NCBI GenBank assembly: GCA_963719035.1
Contig: CAVRAO010000002.1
Span: 512,001 to 576,000, forward strand
DNA: 64,000 nucleotides
Origin: Methanobacteriota archaeon
Lineage (GTDB): Archaea; Halobacteriota; Bog-38; Methanoflorentales; Methanoflorentaceae
Direction of reading: 5' to 3'
The position numbers and the translations under genes are program-made. The notes beneath the pieces are model-generated. The model saw only the letters and a list, made by a program, of their open reading frames with translations. It was not told where the DNA came from and did not search any database. This document shows, in pieces, positions 60,324 to 64,000 of this stretch (within the stretch, counting starts at the first letter, position 1; every line of letters begins with the position of its first letter).

Positions 60324-61513
60324 TGCACATCGTTGAAGGAGGAATCTGCGCAGTGCGCGGTGTCAAGGCCTCCGGAATCAAGGATGGCAGAAATGGCGTT
60401 GCGCTCATCACCGGCGGCGGACAGGCGGCAGGCGTGTTTACCACAAACAAAGTCACAGCAGCCCCCGTCATCGTTACGCGTGAGCACCTCAAACAGAACA
60501 ACGAAATCCTCGCAATCGTCGCAAACAGCGGAAGCGCGAACGCTTTTACCGGACCGGAAGGGTTAAACGATGCTAAAAGCGTCGCTAAATCGCTCGCACA
60601 ACGTTTGCACATTCGCGACACGCAAGTTGCTGTGGCCTCAACAGGCGTCATAGGGACTCCACTCAATAGAGATTGGATCGATTCGAGGATCGAAAACCTT
60701 CTATTAACGTTAGCTCACTCAGCAGAGGGAAGTCTTGCAGCAGCCCGAGCAATAATGACGACCGATTCTGTCCCGAAACATATTGCTGTCGACGTCAGCG
60801 GTGTCAGAATAGGTGGCATAGCAAAGGGAGCTGGAATGATCGAACCGAAGCTATGCACAATGCTTGCCTTTATTTACACGGACGCACAGCTCGGCGCTGA
60901 CGTTTTGCAAAAATGCCTCAAGCAAGCAGCCGACCAAAGTTTCAACATGGTCGTGGTCGACGGAGACACGAGCACGAACGACAGCGTGCTTCTCATTGCG
61001 ACAGGTGCGAGCCCTGCAACAATTGAAATAAGCACGTTTCAAGATGCACTGAACTTTGTGTGTGTTGCGCTTGCAAAAATGATTGCGCGTGATGGCGAAG
61101 GCGCCTCAAAAATGATGGAAGTCACCGTTACAGGGGCACGAAATCGTGAAGATGCCGTGAAGGCAGCAAAGGCAGTCGTACGGTCACCCCTTGTAAAAAC
61201 CGCGCTTTTTGGCGCTGATCCGAACTGGGGGCGGATAGTGGCCGCCGTCGGCTATTCTGAAGCGTTCGTTGACCCTTCACTTCTCTCGCTGTCGTTATCA
61301 AGCGGAAAAGGCCCCCCTATAGACTTGCTCCAAAATGGGCTTATATGCACTGCTGCAGCTGATAAATTTGAAGAAGACGCGCTTGCGGCGATAATGAAGA
61401 GCGCTGAGATCTCAATCCAAATTGATTTAGGCGTCGGAGTGGCCTCAGCCACGGCATGGGGCTGTGATCTTACGGATGACTACGTGCGCATCAACGCCCA
61501 GTACACCACTTGA
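60323..61513 (+). CDS. argJ: Ornithine acetyltransferase ArgJ
   Basis: NSGSANAFTG, STGVIG, IMTTD, KGAGMI.P, DGDTSTND and WGCDLT..YV.INA.YTT motifs. Confidence 0.96.
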   Translation: MHIVEGGICAVRGVKASGIKDGRNGVALITGGGQAAGVFTTNKVTAAPVIVTREHLKQNNEILAIVANSGSANAFTGPEGLNDAKSVAKSLAQRLHIRDTQVAVASTGVIGTPLNRDWIDSRIENLLLTLAHSAEGSLAAARAIMTTDSVPKHIAVDVSGVRIGGIAKGAGMIEPKLCTMLAFIYTDAQLGADVLQKCLKQAADQSFNMVVVDGDTSTNDSVLLIATGASPATIEISTFQDALNFVCVALAKMIARDGEGASKMMEVTVTGARNREDAVKAAKAVVRSPLVKTALFGADPNWGRIVAAVGYSEAFVDPSLLSLSLSSGKGPPIDLLQNGLICTAAADKFEEDALAAIMKSAEISIQIDLGVGVASATAWGCDLTDDYVRINAQYTT

Positions 61514-61516
61514 CGC

Positions 61517-63949
61517 CTACCCTTCAAGCTGCAGTTTGATCTGAAGCGCTTGACGTGCAATATCATTTTTTCGCAAAATCGTTGCCATTGCCTCTATAGA
61601 TTCCATCAAACGCACAGCTTGATCAAGATAGTTGAGTACGTCTCCAGAATACGCATGAACACCAAACGCTGACATCCGTTCAACTATATCAGCGGGATCA
61701 AGTCCGCTCGCACGCTGCTCTATTACCCACTTCGAGAAGCTCCGCTCAGGGCATCCACAAAACGGCGAATCCTTGCAATCACAATCGACAAAGGCAATTG
61801 AAAAAGCGATGACACTACCAAGCGCTTTCTGGTCGAGATACGTGAGCTCATCGCCACTTGCAGAAAAGAACATCTCAAGATTTCCGCCACTAAACACGTT
61901 AGGTGACATGTTAACGCCAAGCGCCTGCGCCATTCGCTGAACATCATTGAGGTACACGGCAGTAAAAACGTGCAGTTTAAGCACGATATCAAGCGGTGGT
62001 TCTCCTTTCTTCACGGATTCAACAATTTGAACCGCTTCATCAATGGCAAGGAAATCACCAGAAACGATATTTCCGAGCTTTGTAGCCTGACCGTCATCAG
62101 AAACGAAGCCTAAACGTTTGAGCCTTTGAAGATGGACTTTAACATCATACTGAGCCAGCATCTTAACTGACTGACCAAAGGTGAGGTTTGCGAGAGTCTG
62201 TTCCGCTTGCTTGTCATCATCGTAAGCTATTTCGACGCCCTCAACAGAGCTTGAGAGCAACTTGATCGCAACTTGATCCTCTGTCTCCGGCCCCCTATAT
62301 TTCTTATCGGGTTCAGCGAGCAGCACTACCTTACCGATGTCGTGATAATCAGGCCTCCCCGCGCGACCGAGCATCTGGTGGAACTCTTGCACGGTAAGCC
62401 AGTCGATTCCCATCGCCAAGGATTCAAACACGACTTGCGACGCGGGAAAATCAACGCCTGCTCCCAGTGCCGCAGTAGTAACGACGACGTCTATACCGCC
62501 ATTGGCAAAATTCGTTTCGACCTTCTTTCGTTCGGCATAAGCGAGGCCCCCATGATAAGGGGCACTTTTTGCTAACAACGCTTTCGAAATTCTATGACAG
62601 CGCGCCCGGGAATTTGTAAAAATGATCGACTGGCCTTTATAACCCTTGCTCGAGGTTCTTTTGATTTCATATCTGACGAGCTTGTTAATTATTGGCAGCT
62701 TCTCATGCTCATGAGCGAAAACGAGGTGACGCTCTATTGGCACCGGCCGCTCTTCGTACTCAACGAGGTCCGCGCCGAGCTCACGGGCGAGCACGTGGGG
62801 GTTGCCTACAGTTGCTGAAAGGTATATGCGTTGTGATCTTGGGGCTAGTGCCTTTAGCCGAGAGATAAGCCCGTCAAGGCGACTTCCACGTTCTTCGTCT
62901 TCCAGCATGTGCACCTCATCGACAACGATTGTCCCGATCTCGCCGAGGAGCTCAGCGTGATTCGTGCGAAGCACCTGATCGATGCCCTCGTACGTTCCCA
63001 CGAGAATATCGGCTGAATAGTCGGGCTCTGCTCGCTCCCAGTCTCGAGTCCGAATCCTGCTGCTGCCGATCCTTATGCTTGCGCTTAGGCCAAGGCCACG
63101 GTAGCGCCCGTCAAACTCACTATGCTTCTGATTTGCAAGAGCGACAAGTGGAACGACGAATAACAGCTTTCCCTTACCACTAAGCACATTGTTAACGCCT
63201 GCGAGCTCCCCAATGAGCGTTTTTCCCGTCGCTGTTGCAGAGACTACGAGCAGGTCCTTGCCCTTGAAAAGCCCTCGCTCGACCGCTATTGATTGGACAG
63301 GAAGCAGCTTTGACAGACGCTGCTTAAGCAACAGCTTCAGCCTATCATCGACGCTGAGCTCATCAATTGTCACGCTTTGGTAGCTCTCCGCTTGTTTTGA
63401 AAGCACGTCATATCGCGTCAAATCAGGATCGACCCCAGAATCGAGAAAACGAATCACTCTGTCAAGGTCGCGTACTTTGTTAAGAAGCGCGTAGAAGTGG
63501 TTGTAACGCACAAAGCCTCGAAAACTGAGCTCTCGCCGCAGTTCGATTTGAGCACAGTCCATGCAGATGTGCCCCCCTTCATGGCGAACAAAATTGGGGT
63601 TGACTGGCTTGTATCGTCGCTTCCCGATGCAAAACCCACAGACATGTACTCGGTTGTAGGAAATCTGATACGCCTCAAAAAGAGCAAGTAGATCCTGAAA
63701 TGCCTTCTGCTCGCGCGGCGTGGAGTGGTCTCGCTCCGCGAGCGTCACGTTGTGCTGCCGCAAAACCCCGAGGACCTCAGCTGGCCTCTTAGGAAGCTCT
63801 TTCCCGCCTTGGACAACCATAAATCGCTTAGGCCTCGGACCCTTGGATGTGTCACCGAGCGTCAACGTTGCGTCTAAGGTGCATTGCGCGGGCTCAGCTG
63901 AAAAAAGCCTAATGTTAGAGCGCTGCGCGTGGGCGATCAAATGAGGCAT
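61517..63949 (-). CDS. Archaeal DEAD/DEAH-box (Ski2-like) helicase
   Basis: SATATGKT, DEVH, LSAT and QMLGRAGRP motifs, with C-terminal C.C...PFCGC. Confidence 0.92.
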   Translation of the reverse strand: MPHLIAHAQRSNIRLFSAEPAQCTLDATLTLGDTSKGPRPKRFMVVQGGKELPKRPAEVLGVLRQHNVTLAERDHSTPREQKAFQDLLALFEAYQISYNRVHVCGFCIGKRRYKPVNPNFVRHEGGHICMDCAQIELRRELSFRGFVRYNHFYALLNKVRDLDRVIRFLDSGVDPDLTRYDVLSKQAESYQSVTIDELSVDDRLKLLLKQRLSKLLPVQSIAVERGLFKGKDLLVVSATATGKTLIGELAGVNNVLSGKGKLLFVVPLVALANQKHSEFDGRYRGLGLSASIRIGSSRIRTRDWERAEPDYSADILVGTYEGIDQVLRTNHAELLGEIGTIVVDEVHMLEDEERGSRLDGLISRLKALAPRSQRIYLSATVGNPHVLARELGADLVEYEERPVPIERHLVFAHEHEKLPIINKLVRYEIKRTSSKGYKGQSIIFTNSRARCHRISKALLAKSAPYHGGLAYAERKKVETNFANGGIDVVVTTAALGAGVDFPASQVVFESLAMGIDWLTVQEFHQMLGRAGRPDYHDIGKVVLLAEPDKKYRGPETEDQVAIKLLSSSVEGVEIAYDDDKQAEQTLANLTFGQSVKMLAQYDVKVHLQRLKRLGFVSDDGQATKLGNIVSGDFLAIDEAVQIVESVKKGEPPLDIVLKLHVFTAVYLNDVQRMAQALGVNMSPNVFSGGNLEMFFSASGDELTYLDQKALGSVIAFSIAFVDCDCKDSPFCGCPERSFSKWVIEQRASGLDPADIVERMSAFGVHAYSGDVLNYLDQAVRLMESIEAMATILRKNDIARQALQIKLQLEG

Positions 63950-64000
63950 CTACTGGTTTCCTGTCCTAAGATCGACCGATTCGTAGGAAATATCGTGGGA

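Noticed and set aside
1-64000. CRISPR array, rRNA, integrase or transposase
   Set aside because: No regularly spaced repeat-spacer array, rRNA-like sequence or recognisable recombinase/transposase motifs were seen

Overview
This is an archaeal chromosome segment, most likely a Halobacteriota/Methanomicrobia-related euryarchaeote (archaeal tRNA-Val, rpl37e, Lsm, pelota, dph2, mfnA, TFE, GGAGGTGA-type RBSs). Bases 1 to ~25.8 kb form a mosaic accessory island ending at tRNA-Val(GAC). It holds redox, stress and transport genes, a GH47 mannosidase, a GT2/radical SAM-SPASM/methyltransferase/DUF2064 cluster, small RHH/AbrB-like regulators and several broken genes. Bases ~26-64 kb are mostly core genes (ABC transporters, SSS symporter, rnj, PIN-ATPase, serA, ppsA, mfnA, dph2, purF, rpl37e, lsm, sepF, ZPR1, rubrerythrin, pelota, argC/argJ, helicase). 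The most notable signals lie outside the ORF track. (1) Two paralogous 31-aa ORFs (2119-2214 and 7553-7648, minus strand) have a variable signal-peptide-like N-half, an invariant C-terminal FSVAMGNGLLSCQV and matching promoter-like motifs, suggesting a secreted micropeptide or toxin system. (2) Collapsed remnants of isopentenyl phosphate kinase and type-2 IPP isomerase lie upstream of an intact RNase J. (3) The rSAM-methyltransferase-DUF2064 cluster may make an organoarsenical or other small molecule. (4) The tRNA-Val has C instead of the conserved U55 and sits near 21-bp palindromic repeats. All family calls come from motif recognition, not database searches.
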